Origin: Chiloscyllium plagiosum
Taxonomy: Eukaryota
Assembly (NCBI RefSeq): GCF_004010195.1
Contig: NC_057750.1
Span: 375,353 to 425,553, forward strand
Direction of reading: 5' to 3'
DNA length: 50,201 nucleotides
Shown here: positions 23,486 to 36,244 of the stretch, one piece after another
Layout of the letters: every line of letters begins with the position of its first letter
Position numbering within the stretch: position 1 is the first letter of the stretch
The notes under the pieces: model-generated
Told to the model about the DNA's origin: nothing
Seen by the model: only the letters and a program-made list of their open reading frames with translations
The model's database searches: none
Position numbers and translations under genes: made by a program

Positions 23486-24135
23486 TGGGGTGGCACAGTG
23501 GCTCAATGGTTCAGGGCGAGAATAGACAGGCAGAAGGTTGGAAGAACACAGCAAGCCAGGCAGCATCAGGAGGTGAGAAGTCGATATTTCAGGTTTTCAA
23601 TTCCACCCTCGGGCGACTGTCTGTGTGGAGTTGGCACATGCTCTGGATGCTCCAGTTTCCTCTCACAGTCCAAAGACGTGCAGATTAGGTTGGAATTGCC
23701 ATGCTAAATTGCCCCATGGTTTTAGATTAGATTAGATTAGATTATTTACAGTGTGGAAACAGGCCCTTCGGCCCAACAAGTCCACACCGACCCACCGAAG
23801 CGTAACCCGCCCAGACCCATTCCCTTACATTTACCCCTTCACCTAACACTACGTGCAATTTAGCATGGCCAATTCACCTGACCTGCACATTTTTTGGATT
23901 GTGGGAGGGAACCAGAGCACCCGGAGGAAACCCACGCAGACACGGGGAGAATGTACAAACTCTACACAGTCAGTCGCCTGAGGCGGGGATGTGCAAACTA
24001 GGTGGATTAGCCAGTGGGAATGCAGGGTTGGGGTGGTGGGTCTGAGTGAGATGTTTTTCAGAGGTTTGGTGTGGGCTTGATGGGCCAAATGGCCTGCTTC
24101 CTCACTGTAGGGGTTCAAGTTCTTATGTTCTATCA
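23486..24135 (+). mobile_element. HE1-like SINE hosting a PLE fragment (~23512-23593) and an inverted HE1-like SINE
   Basis: Head ggggtggcacagtggctcaatggtt...ttcaattccaccctcgggcgactgtctgtgtggagttggcac; CR1-like tail at 24050-24135. Confidence 0.85.
23722..23988 (-). mobile_element. Young 5'-truncated HE1-like SINE with a (TCTAA)n tail
   Basis: (TTAGA)4 followed by acagtgtggaaacaggcccttcggcccaac...cacagtcagtcgcctgaggcggg; CpGs retained. Confidence 0.88.
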
Positions 24136-24629
24136 TGCTTTTCCAGTTGGTAATGTGAAATACAATACTCTCTTCTCTTCTTTCCTGTACTCTACAATAT
24201 TTTTGTTCATGTTTCTAGTATTCACTGAAATATAACTGGCATGGTTTCAACAACCCCACTGTGATCATGGATCCTGCATCCTCGTGATCTTATCTGTGAA
24301 AGTATTCCTGTAGTCTCAAGGGAATAAAGAATTGTTCTTAATCTCCAGTGCCACACATTATCCAAATTGAAAATATTTTTCTATCTCTTAAAAGGGCCAA
24401 AATCCTGGAATCTCCTTCTTCATAGCACTGTGGGCATCTCCATTTCCTAAGGATTGCAGTGTTCAGGAAGATTGTTCATCACCACCATCATAAGGCAGTT
24501 AGGGATGGGAAATAAATGTCTAGCAAAACTCATATCCCAAGAAAAATACAAGCTATTCACACATGAATGGTAACTTTATTTAATGGAATAACCAACATGC
24601 AAACTATAGGAGTTTTGATATCGCCAGTA

Positions 24630-24992
24630 AGAGGGGATACCATTGAAACATCCAGGATTCTTAAGAGGTTTGACAGGTTATACACTGAGAGGATGATTCT
24701 CCTCATGGGAGAGTCTGGGGCCAGAGGGCAGTCTTAGAATAAATCATGTCAATTTGAGACTGGGATGAGAAGGAGGTTTTTTTTCTCTCTCAGAAGTCTT
24801 TGAAACTCCTTGCTACAGAGAGCTGTGTATATTTAAGACATAAATTCTTTGTCAGTATTGGAATCAAGGGTCATGGGGAAGAGCAGGGAAGTGGATGCGA
24901 GGAGTGTAAGATCAGCCATGATCCTACTAAACCTGGAGCAGCTTTGAAAAGCCAAATGGCTTTCTCCTGTTCCAATTTCTTATGGCCTTATG
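24630..24992 (+). mobile_element. CR1 3' tail (preceded by a LINE tail fragment at ~24395-24545)
   Basis: agaggggataccattgaaacatccaggattctt...gatcagccatgatcctactaa...aatggctttctcctgttcc. Confidence 0.75.
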
Positions 24993-26212
24993 GACATCGG
25001 GAAAGAACAGCACGAGTTAATATTTCTGTTGCAACCATCCATTACTTCACTTTCAGAATCTCACAGAACTAATGTAAAGTCTCACCATTTCCTATTTTCA
25101 TTTCCATCATTAAGATGAGGTATTTGGTTTGACTCTTTTGGGATGCCTTCTGTAAGACACAGCAGGAACTGGAGACCGACTGGTGAATCAGACCAGGTTC
25201 TGATGGCTTGCAGACAATTTTTATCAGATGCAGATTGAGATGCTTTGTGTTTCCAGCGTTCTCTTACTGTATTTCTATCCTAACACCCACTTGCTTTCCA
25301 TCCCAAGTCACCCATGTATCTGTCAGGATTATAGAAACTGAACGTTCTTCTCATCCCTCACCGAAGCCCAATTTGAGCAACACCCACCTTCTGGGTAGCA
25401 GGTAGTCAAATGCTGATCCCTCCAGCTCCTTCTGAATCAGAGATTGACAGATAAATCCACAGCAATATGGAAAACTCAGGGAGGCTATTTCTTCATAATA
25501 TTTAGGCCAGGATATAAAAATTTGCATGGAGTATATTTCATTGGTGAGCTGTTGAGAAAAAGGTCACTGTCAGAGATTATCTGGAACATTCCTTTCATAC
25601 ACCCTGCTAAGGAGGGATTTCTGGGTCAGATGTTACATGTTCCATTTAATATTTTCACAAAAGGGATAGTAACACCTTAATGCTCACATGGTTTGTGAAA
25701 TTATCATTTGAAACCATTTCTGTCTTTTGATGTTAAAACAAAACATATAATTGGCCACAATATTATTACCTTCGATAATTTTCCAGTCTTGCTTAGTAAA
25801 CATTTTTGGGATTGCATTGACCATTGCAGAGAGGCAGATTGGCCTGCAGGGTTGAGAGGGAAGCTGAGAATGAGTCGTTTATATTGATATGTATGTTCAT
25901 ATCCCACTCTTGCCACTGACTTCCAGAACCTGGGAGGTGTTGAGAGACTCTTCCATCTGGACCCCACTTAACCCATTGAAAGTGACCAGTTATGTTTCTG
26001 CCTGCCTCTTGTGACAATTTGGTTGTTGAGCCTGGTACCGTATGGAGGGATTTCCTGTTAAATCTGCTGCCCTCCTGATAGGTTCTGAAATAGGCTTCCT
26101 CTGGCCCTCAGTGGTAGCTGTTGCCCTGTAAGCATTGGCACTGCTTGCCCTCACTAATACCCACCTCACCCCACCATCTACCACTAGCCCTGCCTGACTG
26201 TCCCCCCTAATC

Positions 26213-26445
26213 TTTGAGGAGAAAGTGAGGTCTGCAGATGCTGGAGATCAGAGCTGAAAATGTGTTGCTGGAAAAGCGCAGCAGGTCAGGCAGCATCCAG
26301 GGAACAGGAGAATCGACGTTTCGGGCATAAGCCTGCCCGAAGGTTTATGCCTTCCTGAAGAAGGGCCTATGCCCGAAACGCCGATTCTCCTGTTCCCTGG
26401 ATGCTGCCTGACCTGCTGCACTTTTCCAGCAACACACTTTCAGCT
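26213..26445. mobile_element. Short PLE (family A) fold-back with its inversion point in the hammerhead
   Basis: Arms ~26250-26333 and ~26364-26448; CTGAAGA-A-GGGC-CTAT-GCCC-GAAACGCC at 26355-26382; 15-bp TSD ctgtcccccctaatc at 26198-26212 and 26446-26460. Confidence 0.92.
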
Positions 26446-26969
26446 CTGTCCCCCCTAATCCTCTTACCCCATTGTGAGGGAGCATGGCTATCACTAACCC
26501 ATTTCCTCTGGGTACAGACTCCACAATGATCATTGTTCCTGATGGCATTGCTGAGTACCTGGATCTCACATCAGTCAGTAATTCTCAGGGTGGCCAGCTG
26601 CCCTCGGCGTGAGGTGGTTTGAGATCCCATTAATCAGCAAACATAGGTCACAGCACTCGCCATCTGGCCTGTCAACGTCATCCCAACTGACTGCAGTAAA
26701 ACCTGCTCCTGGTTCCTGATGTGCCAGTAACAGATATTAAGGCATTTATCAGAAATTTCACTGCTCTTTCAGCTCAGACCTTTGAAGTTGGTGGGTTAAT
26801 GACTGCTAAAATCATAGATTTTTGAATAAGTGCAGTGAGTCTTTCCAAAATTGTAGGACTGCAGCATTTCAGACATACAGGGAAGTTAAAATCCTCAGTA
26901 AATACAGTTCAAGTTGACAACAGGAGGCAAAAAATTAAGTTTGAAAAATAAGTCATAACCACATTCAAA

Positions 26970-27170
26970 TAGCACCTCAATGGGCTTTACATAATGACAG
27001 GCTTTTTGAAGTCACTGTAGAGGAGTCCAACAATTACTTTGCACACAGAAAGATTCCACAAATATTGTGAGGTATAATGAGGGGATTTGCTTATGTTGAT
27101 GGTGGTTGTGGGAAACATAATGGCTGAGGGACTGGGGAATATCTTGCTTCATCTTTAAGGTTCACCTGAT
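26970..27170 (-). mobile_element. Decayed DeuSINE fragment
   Basis: ctttttgaagtcactgt...tttgcacacagaaagattccacaaata...gatggtggttgtgggaaacataatggctgagg. Confidence 0.55.
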
Positions 27171-27224
27171 TGCCTTTTGACACTCTCTTTGATTGCAGTC
27201 AGGCTCACATTTTCAAACCCTATA

Positions 27225-27555
27225 ATCATAGAACATAGAACATAGACAGGCATAGCACAGAACAGGCCCTTTCACCCATGATGTTGTGCCGAGGGTTAAT
27301 CCTAATGTAAAATAAAATAACTTAACCTACCCACCCCTCAACTCACTGCTGTCCATGTGTATGTCCAGCAGTCACTTAAATGTCCCTAATGACTCTGCTT
27401 CCACCACCACCGCTGGCAATGCATTCACAACTCACTGCCTAAAGAACCTTCCTCTGATGTCCCCTCTATAGCTTTCTCCTAATATCTTAAAACTATGGCC
27501 CCTTGTACCAGTCGATCCTGCCCTGGGGAGAAGTCTCTGGCTATTGACTCTATGC
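27225..27555 (-). mobile_element. CR1 3' end
   Basis: (CATAGAA)n tail; reverse complement of the family at 37000-37340. Confidence 0.85.
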
Positions 27556-27740
27556 GAGAGATCAACTCGGAATGTAATCAGGAGCCTACAAACATTCCCT
27601 CTGATTTGATTGGCCTGTGAAAGGTAAATATTGAGCTAAATGTGGGAGATCTCATAATCTCCTTGACCCAGCAATCAAATGACCCTCAACTCAAGGTCTT
27701 ACTTCCTGAGCTTAAAGTAAACTAAACAACCCAAATGATC

Positions 27741-27840
27741 CAAAACAGAAATTGCTGGAAAAGCTCAGCAGGTCTGGCAGCATCTGTGGAGAGAAATCAG
27801 AGTTATCATTTCGGGTCGAGTGACCCTTCCTCAGAACTGG
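27741..27840 (-). mobile_element. Short PLE terminus (family C) ending at the hammerhead
   Basis: Reverse complement GTT-CTGAGGA-A-GGGTC-ACTC-GACCC-GAAATGAT-AAC; flanks aacccaaatg and aactcaaatg. Confidence 0.85.
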
Positions 27841-28067
27841 AACTCAAATGGATCATGTTGCCAAGCTACTTTCTAAATAACAAAAATCCTGAAATAAATA
27901 ATCCAAAGGTTTTCCTGTTTTGTACAATAAACTTGAACACATTTCTAAGCTTTGACATGAAAGATGAAATCAAATTTGTTACTTGTGGATTGTACTCCCA
28001 GGCAGAACTTCCTGATTAGAGCTCTGGTGTGATGATAACAATAAGGTAGAGTCGGAAGCTATTATTA

Positions 28068-28300
28068 AAGAGTCGTACTGAAAAAGCAGACCCTTCGGTC
28101 CAACTTGTCCATGCTGGCCAAGTTTCCCAAACTGAACTAATACTGTTTGCCTGCATTTGGCTCAGAGCCCTCGAAACTTTTCCTATCTGTGTATTTGTCC
28201 AAATGTCTTTTGAATGTTGAAATTGTACCTGCATCTACCACTTCCTCTGACAGTTCATTCCACAGATGAACCACGCTCTGTGGGAAAATGTTGCCCCTCA
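28068..28300 (-). mobile_element. CR1 3' tail
   Basis: cagacccttcggtccaac...ccaaatgtcttttgaatgttg...gaaaatgttgcccctcag, like 18790-19016. Confidence 0.8.
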
Positions 28301-29820
28301 GCTGTGGGCTCTTATGGTGCTGGGCTAGGTCCCTACATCCAATCCATAGAACCTGGGTTCAAGCCCTACATGTTCCAGAGGTGCATCTATCCAAACAGGT
28401 TCATTAGGAAAATGTCTACAATGAGAGCCAATCTGAAGTCACTTGAATCCTGGAATCTCCTGTGTTGCTGGATGAGCAAAGTTACTTTCTGTTTAAACCC
28501 CAATCTTGAGTTTATCCCACAACGAATCCCATTTGAGGTTCAATCTGTTTACAACTTTCAACCTTCGAATATAAAATGGAAAACTTTACTCCCTTGTGCA
28601 GAATCCTAAAGTGAGATTTGACTTCAATGTTACACAGCAGTCCCCTGTGCTGACAGGTGATGAATTTGTAGAGCTTGGAGGTGGGGTGTGTGCGGGGAGG
28701 ATGGGACCATTTTAATTATTCATAGCCTCATTATCACATTTAGGTATCTGAGCGTGTGCATGTTAGGATTGGGTTATCAAAAACATTTCCATATAGTCAA
28801 CATGAACAGCATGTTGGCAATCTGCTCCCTATGAAAATGCGTGAAGTACGCGTGGAGCAGTGAGACCGGACTCCAGCCTCAATTGTATCAGCAATTTGTT
28901 CTCTGGCTTTAAGTCTCCAAAGAAGCAAATTGAGAAAACCCTCTGAATGTAGTTCAGGTCAAAGCTTAGAACCGAGGAATCTGGAGCAAAGCAGGCCTTG
29001 CTGAAAAGTGATGGGAGCAAAATTGTTCCTTTTGAATAAACCCAATTCCTTCAACAGAAGGTCACTGCTATTTTATGGAATTGTCTCTCCCCAGGCAGGG
29101 ACCAAAAAGGAATAAAATAATTCTGACATCAATAACAAACTCACAGCTCCCCAGCATGCATCCCTTTTACAATAAATAAATAAATAATGTCAACTCATTA
29201 AGAATGGTTTGACCTTCAGAGCTACTTTCTACTTGCTCAGCACCTTTTCGTGCTTTTATCACCTCGCGAGGATCCTCATTCACTGTCCTACTTTGGGGTT
29301 TAGTTCTAATTCATTCCTAGGCTCTGTAGCTCAATGGCCACTTGGCTCTCGCTGATCTTGAAAACACATTAAAGTTATAGCTGCCAGGGGACCGAGGTTA
29401 AACACAGCCAGGAATGAGGCGCAGCTGTCTGTCTGCTCTTATTTCTGATGTTCAAAAGTGAAATATATTTGGATGGTTTACTCAATTTGCTTCTTAGAAG
29501 GTTCAAAGTCGCAAATGACAGTTAGAACTAAGGCTTGGGGAATGTATTGTCAATCCAGTCCGACATCTTCACAAACCATGACATGAGATAAACATACTTA
29601 CTCCAGCTACAAGCAGACCAATCCAACATCTTACCTATATCAAATAACAAAATCTGTCACCCAGCTTTCAATAATAAACACAATTATCAAAATGAAATGA
29701 AGATGCAATAATTGGTCAACATATGTGTTAATTGGCAAACATATAGTTATCGAAAAGGATAAATGCTTAACCCTCTAAATATCACCAAAGCGCACATAAA
29801 GGAAAACAGAGAGACAAAAA

Positions 29821-29935
29821 GGTTCTGAGGAAGGGTCACTCGACCCAAAACATTAACTCTGATTTCTCTGCACAGATGCTGCCAGACCTGCTGAACTTTT
29901 CCTGCAATTTCCATTTTTGTTTCTGATTTACAGCA
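29821..29935 (+). mobile_element. Short PLE terminus (family C) starting at the hammerhead (G12>A)
   Basis: GTT-CTGAGGA-A-GGGTC-ACTC-GACCC-AAAACATT-AAC at 29822-29857. Confidence 0.85.
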
Positions 29936-30957
29936 CAAAACTTTCAAAATAAAATTCTTTGGTGGCAGGCTTAATAAATCTTCCTGCCAAAATCATGGTT
30001 TCAATATTGAATTGCCCAATCATCTAACTGTTTTATTATTGTCCAGGCTTTATTTTTCTGTTAGCCTCTTTCTTCATATCTTCTAATTGTTCCTTTTCAT
30101 CAGCTTAATATCTGAGGCATTTTCCAGTATTGCAACTCTAGTATATATTGTTTAACTGGGCCTCTCTTTCTGGTAGCTGTTCCTCATGGAGACTATTCAC
30201 AATGTCAGCAATCTTGTTTCAAGGCAACAAAATTCTCTTTTAATTCCTCATCTTTGCACTACCATTGTAAAGCTTCTGATCCCCCTTTCTCTCGGGCATC
30301 TCTAACTGTACTGCTGGAGCCTCCAAACGCTCCCTGCCAAGCCTCCTTCTTGAAAGTTTTTCCCACTTTGCAGTATGGCTAACATTGAATCTTTTCCTGG
30401 AACACCTGTTTGTCTACTGCCTCCTGCCAGATCTGAGGTGATGGTTTTATTTTCACACTATTGATGCTCCTCTGACTGCTGCTGACTGACCATTTTGGCA
30501 TTTGATTGATTACATGTATCTATTTTAACTGGCAAGTGGGTAATTCACTTGTCTTCTGAAAATAGCTCTTTCTTCTTCAGGGTCCAATGTATTCTGTCAA
30601 GCACACTGCTGCTCACCATCTCACATTGTGGTTGGGGTAGCTTGCTGCCAAACATCCTCCTTTCCCTGTGCTGTGTCTGGGGGCTGGTCTATTACTGTAG
30701 CAGAGAATGGATCACCATACAGTCATAACAAAAAAAAGCACTGATAATTTATTACGGGATGACAGGAAATAGACATAATGAGGTATAATTACCAGGAGCT
30801 AAGTACATCTCATCTGTCCCCATCAGGGCCTCATGCTGATCTAACTGAATCTTCACCCAAAGACTGGGTCATCAGGTGAGTTGGAGCTAAATACAAGTTA
30901 AATATAACTCTTTCAGGATTATTACTTTAAACATCAGAATACTGAACAGAGCAGAGA

Positions 30958-31116
30958 TGGTTAGCTCAGTTGGTTGGATGACTGATTTGCAATGCAGAAT
31001 GATGCCAACAATGTGGGTTCAATTTATGCACTGACTGAAGTTACCATGAAGGTCTCTGCTTGTCAACCTCTCCCCTTACTTGAGGGAAGGTGACCCTCAA
31101 GTTAAATCACCACCAG

Positions 31117-31151
<35 letters not shown>

Positions 31152-31176
31152 CAGTATGGAATGATGGTGACTTTAC
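30958..31176 (+). mobile_element. tRNA-derived SINE with an internal (CT)n tract
   Basis: A box ttagctcagttgg, B box gggttcaatt, (CT)n at 31121-31148. Confidence 0.8.
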
Positions 31177-32185
31177 CGTTTGTGCAGAACAACATTAATG
31201 CACTGAGTTTAATCCTCATACAGATTGAGGTATTTGATAGCGGTCTTGTCTCACCCTATGCTCACTGAGCACTACCTTTAGACTCTTTAAATTGTCTCTT
31301 TCTAATGAAATGAGATGTCTGAGTTTCTTTATGATTTTGGCTAATTGCTAAAAAAATTGTGAAGAAAACAGAGGAATCACTTGTTTGGATTGACTCCTTC
31401 AAAGAGCTAGCAGAGGGTTAACGATGGGAATGCCTCAGCAAGTTCATCCTAACTTGGATTAACTCACCTCCCTGTTGTCAGCAGTTTTCCAGGGTCAAAC
31501 ATTGGAATGGGCAGTTTGAGATTAAGACTGTTCCGAATAAGATAGAGTAGGAGATGAGATTTGGAAGGAGAAAATGAAGGATAAATGGAGAGTAAGAAAG
31601 AATTAGAGGAAGCGAGAGAGAGAAAGTTAGAGTGTGAAGCAGAAAGTGGGATGGACAAAGAGAGGGAGAGAAATAGCAATTGGAACTGTGCAGAGGTTGA
31701 ATGCTGTGAGGTATTTTGTATTGGATTCAGAGTTCACATCCAATGATGCAGATGAACAACTGGTGATGGGACTTTGCTGGATTGTCAATCAGATGAATAC
31801 ATTTCACCTTTAAGGCAGTAGAATAGAAATGTTTGTGTTGAGTCGAGTGTACAACATTTGTTCTATTCATTAACCATTTATAATGTGTTTTTCTTTGGAT
31901 CATTGAAAGTTCTCTTGTTTTGCAATAGGCACAAGAATCACTTTGAATTCTCGCCCAGTTAAAATTAGCCTAAGCATTTGCAGGCACACCACTTCAAAGC
32001 TTCTAAATAGGTCAAGGATATAGCTTTGGAATATGACAAAATACATTGGAGGATTCTGCTTGCACTGTCAGGATAATGAGCAATAGATACTGGAACTTAA
32101 AAACAGCTTCTGTATCAAAACCTGCAGCTTAAAGCTGCACTGTCATCAAAAATTTAGGTTACAGAAACTGAAAATTCTTCAAAAT

Positions 32186-32603
32186 ACCTCTGTGCCAGTG
32201 AGCACTGCGGTGACACCAGGATGCTTTCCTCTACCTCTGTGCCATTGAGCACTGCGGTGACCCCAGGATGCTCTCCACTACCTCTGTGCCAGTGAGCACT
32301 GCGGTGACACCAGGATGCTCTCCTCAACCTCTGTGCCGGTGAGCACTGCGGTGACACCAGGATGCTCTCCTCTACCTCTGTGCCGGTGAGCACTGCGGTG
32401 ACACCAGGATGCTCTCCTCTACCTCTGTGCCGATGAGCACTGCGGTGACACCAGGATGCTCTCCTCTACCTCTGTGCCGGTGAGCACTGCGGTGACACCA
32501 GGATGCTCTACCTCTGTGCCGGTGAGCACTGCGGTGACACCAGGATGCTCTCCTCTACCTCTGTGCCGGTGAGCACTGCGGTGACATCAGGATGCTCTCC
32601 TCT
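32186..32603. repeat. 47-bp GC-rich minisatellite, 9 units (one 42-bp variant)
   Basis: Unit acctctgtgccggtgagcactgcggtgacaccaggatgctctcctct starts at 32186, 32233, 32280, 32327, 32374, 32421, 32468, 32510 and 32557. Confidence 0.97.
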
Positions 32604-32619
32604 GTTGTTCTGGCCAATG

Positions 32620-35060
32620 ATAAAAAGTCACACTTCCTCCATACAAAAGGTGTGGCAGTGGCGACGCATGTGGGCACCAGTTATGTTCGTCTGATGGCGG
32701 GGTACGTGGAACATTCCTTGTCCCAGTCTTACCCAGGCCCCGCCCACAACTCTTTCTCTGATATGTCAACAACATTATTAATGCTGCTTCCTCCTCTCGT
32801 CTGGAAGTGGAAACAATCATCAGTCTTGTCCCCAATTTCCATTCTTCTCTTACCTTCACTGGTTCATCTCTGGCTCTGCCCTTCCCTTTCTTGACTTCTC
32901 CACCTCCATTTCTGGGATTAGGTTGTCCACCAAGGTCTCCTACAAACCCACTGCCTCCCACAGTTACCTCCACTACACCTCCTCACACCCTGTTTCCTGT
33001 ATGGATTCCATTCTCTTCCCCCTGTCTCTCTATCTCTGTCACATTTCTTCGAATGATACTCACCTTCTCCAGGCTGCCTCTCTGATGCAACGTTCTTTAT
33101 CCTTAACTCACAATTGCCCCCAGTGTGGTTAATCAGGCCCTCAGCAGGTGTTTCTGACCCATTCACTGCTCTTCTGCCCTCACCTCTACTCCTCCCTTTC
33201 AAACAATGATAGAGTTTCTCTTGCCCTGACTTTCCACCCAACTAGTCTCTGCAGTGTCTGCCTTCAAAGGATCATTTTCAGCAGTTTCGAACAGGACCTC
33301 CCTGTCCTTCATGGTCACCATATCTGTAGGGACCATTTTGGTAGGAGTAACAGTAAAAAGGATTATTACTTGAACGGTAACAAGTTGCAGCATGCTGCTG
33401 TGCAGAGGGACCTGGGTGTCCTTGTGCATGAATCACAGAAGGTTGGTCTGCAAGTATAACAAGTAATTGGGAAGGCAAATGGAATTTTGTCCTTCATTGC
33501 AAAAGGGATGGAGTTTAAAAGCAGAGAGGTTATGTTGCAGCTGTACAGGGTGCTGGTGAGGCCACACCTGGAGTACTCTATGGAGGTTTGGTCTCCTTAC
33601 TTGAGAAAGGATGTACGGCACTGGAGGGGGTGCAGAGGAGGTTCACTAGGTTGATTCCAGAGTTGAGGGGGTTGGCTCATGAGGAGAGACTGCATAGACT
33701 GGGATTATATTCATTGGAATTCAGAGGAATAAGGGGGGATCTTATAAAAGCATATAAAATTATGAAGGGAATAGATAAGATAGAAGTAGAGAGGATGTTT
33801 CCACTGGCAGATGAAACTAGGACAAGAGGACATAGCCTCAAGATTAGAGGGAATAGATTTAGGACTGAATTGAGAAGGAATGTCTTCACCTAGAGGGTTG
33901 TGAATCTATGGAATTCCCTGCCCAGTGAAGTAGTTGACACTACTTCAGTAAGCGTTTTTAAAGCTAAGGTAGATTTTAATTTGAACAATAAAGGAATTAA
34001 GGGATATGGTGACAGGGTGAGTAATTGCAGCTGAGTCCATGAAAAGATCAGCCCTGATCTTATTGAATGGTGGAGCAGGCTTAAAGGGCCAGACGGCCTA
34101 CTCCTGCTCCTAGTTCTTATCTTCTTATTCCCTCTGTGACAACTTGGACAACTCCTCCATCACTCCTAACTCCATCACTCACTAACACCACTACCCACAA
34201 CTAACTCCCCCAATAACACTTCTCCACAAGAGGAGTAACACTTGCCTCTTTACTTCCTCCTTCTTCACTGACCAAAGCTTTAAACTTTCCTTCCAAGTGA
34301 AGCAGCTTTTCACTTGTGATTGTTCAGACTCACACCATAGTCTCCTTTACACTGGTGAGACAGAACACAGACAGCTTTGGGGGACTGTGTTGTGGAACAC
34401 CTCCACATTGTCCACAGAACAACACCAGCCTTCATCTGTTTTTTTTAAGAAACCACCCTGCTCTCATGCTAATATTTTTGCCCTGGGCCTCCAACAAAGT
34501 CTAAAGCAAGCTGGAGGGACAGTACCTTGTATTCTGCTTGGAACTCTCCATTCTGCAGGACATTGAGTTCAACAACTTCTCTGCATGAATACTCCATTTT
34601 GATTATGCTCATTCCTCCCCTCCCTACACCTTGTTTGTGTGTGTTTATTTTCAGTATGGCTGACCTATTTTCTACTGTTTATACCTTAGCACTTGTTTTG
34701 CACCTTGATCTCTCCTCTACAGTGTCAATGTAAGGTTTGTTGTGGTTCCATGGTAGTGTCATTACCTCTGAGCTGGTAGATCTGAGTTCAAATCCCACCT
34801 GCTGCAGAGGACATGTTTGAGCAGGATGACTGAAATATCTGGACTGTTAGCGATGCCTTTGTCTTTCTCTGGGCATGCTCACTATCTGTTCCACCTCTGT
34901 CTACAGCACAAACACCATTATTTTCCAGGCCCCTTCAGCTCTGAAGAAGAGTCATGTCAGACTCAAAACATTAACTGTTTCTCTCTGCACAGAGGCTGCC
35001 AGACCTGCTATGTTTCTCCAGCACTTTCAGATCTCCAGCATCTGCAGTATTTTACTTTTG
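32620..35060 (+). mobile_element. Old degenerate Penelope-like element (RT, GIY-YIG, pLTR) split by a CR1
   Basis: HFLHTKGVAVATHVGTSYVRLMAGYVEHSL, YKPTASHSYLHYTSSHP, LLYTGETEHR; terminal ctgaaga-a-gagtc-atgtca-gactc-aaaacatt at ~34940-34972. Confidence 0.88.
33335..34128 (+). mobile_element. 5'-truncated CR1 nested in the PLE
   Basis: QRDLGVLVHESQKV...LEGVQRRFTRLIPELRG...RGDLIKAYKIMKG; tail ...ctcctagttcttatcttctt. Confidence 0.92.
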
Positions 35061-35657
35061 TCTCTCTTAGTTCCTTCTGCTAATGAAGGATTAAGCTTCA
35101 TTGATGCGAAAAGAGCACTTTCTGATTTCTGGCTTACAGTTACTGTATCAAATGATTCCAGTACAGGAACAACATGATGAGATGCAGAATTTATATCCTT
35201 CCCACAAAGCATGTTCCTCACTGTGGCATGATTCGGTTGACCAGATCAGGCTTTTGTGCAGGAAATACATTGTCAGCTGTAAGTTCCTGTCCCTGGGTCG
35301 GAGTCTGGGGAGTGTGAGGGGATGTCAATCAATGACAAAGGATTAAAGACAGCACCCTTCACAATCTCACCACCAGGGGAGCTGTTCAGCTGGTGGCTCC
35401 CTCTGAGGAAGCGAACAGTTGCTGTGCACTGTCTTCTTAACCTTTTCACAGGGATATGGGCATCACTGGAAATGTCAGCATCTGCTGCCCTTCCCTGACT
35501 GTCGTCGAATCAAGTGGTTGGCCTGCCCATTTCGGAGGGCAGTGAAAAAATAAACAATGGACCTGGACTCCCATGTTGACCAGACTGAATCACGTATGTT
35601 ACAATACAAACTGAGGCCATTCAGCCTATCATGTTTGCACTGGCTTTCTGAGCATTT

Positions 35658-36244
35658 TGCTATGGACCAGGCCAGACCCTCTCAAAACATTTCAAGAAGG
35701 TAACCTCGACCCGAACTTTTCTCGTCGTTTTAAGCAGGTGTAACGTGGATATTCCAGGAGAGATGCAGCTGGCCCAACCACTCAGTATCAAATGAAACAG
35801 AATTCATTTGTACATGATCAAAAGAAAGCCAAATTTAGAATAACATAACTACTTGAAAACCCAACTGGCACGAAAATGCAAATTAACAAAGAGCTGTTCC
35901 AAATACCTGCAACATCCCATAAAAACCCCTTGGCAAAAAGGTAGATTTGAACACAGACTCTTACAGGACAGATTGGAGAGAGAGAGAGAGAGAGAGGATC
36001 AGCAGGGAGTTGTGTCTTTGGATCCAGCAGTTTCTCTGGATTTCCAGCTAAAACCTGACCAGTAGTTGCAAAAAAACAGCTTGCTAAAAACAAACCAAAG
36101 CCTGAGCTGGGAGAACTTTGTACAAGTGTTCTTAAAATATACTTAAAAGCTCCTTCAAGTAGATAATCCCAGAACCTCTTCCTCTATGACCCTCTAAACA
36201 AAACCAAAAACAACATAACCTTGTTAAAGGAGCAGCATCATCAT
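35658..36244 (-). mobile_element. Probable solo LTR
   Basis: ~590-bp block interrupting a CR1 tail, TG...CA-like ends (tgctatgg...gcagcatcatca), cattt repeated at both flanks, internal (GA)n. Confidence 0.55.

Noticed and set aside
25830..26750. GC-richer block possibly from a DNA transposon (also 42870-43470)
   Set aside because: No TIRs, TSD or transposase motifs could be identified.
30565..30640. Possible second exon after tttcttcttcag
   Set aside because: An acceptor-like tract alone, with a weak donor and no recognisable coding content.
13915..31030. tRNA genes at A/B-box matches (e.g. ~13920, 21370, 23490, 30960)
   Set aside because: These are SINE heads followed by SINE bodies, with no cloverleaf.
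32186..32603. CRISPR-like array
   Set aside because: Units are contiguous with no unique spacers, there are no cas genes, and the DNA is vertebrate. It is a minisatellite.
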